Shown piece after piece: positions 63,512 to 64,000 of a stretch of DNA of 64,000 bases; positions within the stretch are counted from its first letter, which is position 1; each line of letters begins with the position of its first letter. A program made the position numbers and the translations under genes. Source of the DNA: Cetorhinus maximus (taxonomy: Eukaryota); contig NC_135883.1 of assembly GCF_964194155.1 (NCBI RefSeq), positions 90,768,001 through 90,832,000 of the forward strand, read 5' to 3'. The notes under the pieces are model-generated. The model saw nothing but the letters and a program-made list of their open reading frames with translations. It was not told the origin of the DNA and did no database searches.

Positions 63512-64000
63512 GGGTCTTAAATCTTAACAAAGGAAACTACAAAGGTATGAGGCGTGAGTTGGGTAAGATAGATTGGGGAACTTCATTAAAAGGCATGACA
63601 GTGGACAGACAATGGCTAATATTTAAGGAATGAATGTATGCATTACAACAGTTATACATTCCTTTCTGGCGCAAAAACACAACAGGAAAAGTGGCCCAAC
63701 CATGGCTAACAAAAGAAATTAAGGATAGGATGAGATCCAAAGAGGAGTCATATAAAGTTGCTAGAAAAAGTAGCAAGCCTGAGGATTGGGAGCAGTTTAG
63801 AATTCAGCAAAGGAGGAGCAAGAGATTGATTAAGAGGGGAAAAATGGAGTCTGAGAGTAAACTTGCAAAGAACATAAAAGCGGACTGTAAAAGCTTCTAT
63901 AACTATGTAAAAAGACAAAGATTAATGAAGACAAATATGGGTCCCTTACAGTCCAAAACAGGAGAATTTATAATAGAAAACAAGGAAATGGCAGAGCAAT
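63512..64000 (+). mobile_element. CR1 ORF2 fragment running off the window
   Basis: LNKGNYKGMRRELGKIDW...QPWLTKEIKDR...NKEMAE; homologous to ORF 25881-27542. Confidence 0.9.

Overview
Vertebrate genomic DNA, most consistent with a cartilaginous fish (inferred from the repeat repertoire: CR1, Penelope-like, Deu-SINE, Harbinger). The only host gene I can support is the 3' end of a Golgi alpha-1,2-mannosidase (GH47; MAN1A1/MAN1A2/MAN1C1 group) on the + strand: penultimate exon 12319-12434, last coding exon 17049-17151 and a 3' UTR to about 18350. Most of the rest is transposable element. There are two two-gene PIF/Harbinger transposons with TIRs and 3-bp TSDs: 23798-31535, nested in one CR1 and itself hit by a younger CR1, and 41347-46259, with a near-intact transposase. 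At least five Harbinger-type MITEs share their TIR. The window also holds many CR1, L2 and RTE LINE fragments, tRNA-derived and Deu-domain SINEs, a pogo-like fossil, LTR-like segments, and two Penelope-like families whose pseudo-LTRs carry degenerate minimal hammerhead-ribozyme motifs. No prokaryotic-type system, CRISPR array, rRNA or intact tRNA gene is seen. Boundaries of old repeats are approximate; family calls come from motif recognition, not database searches.
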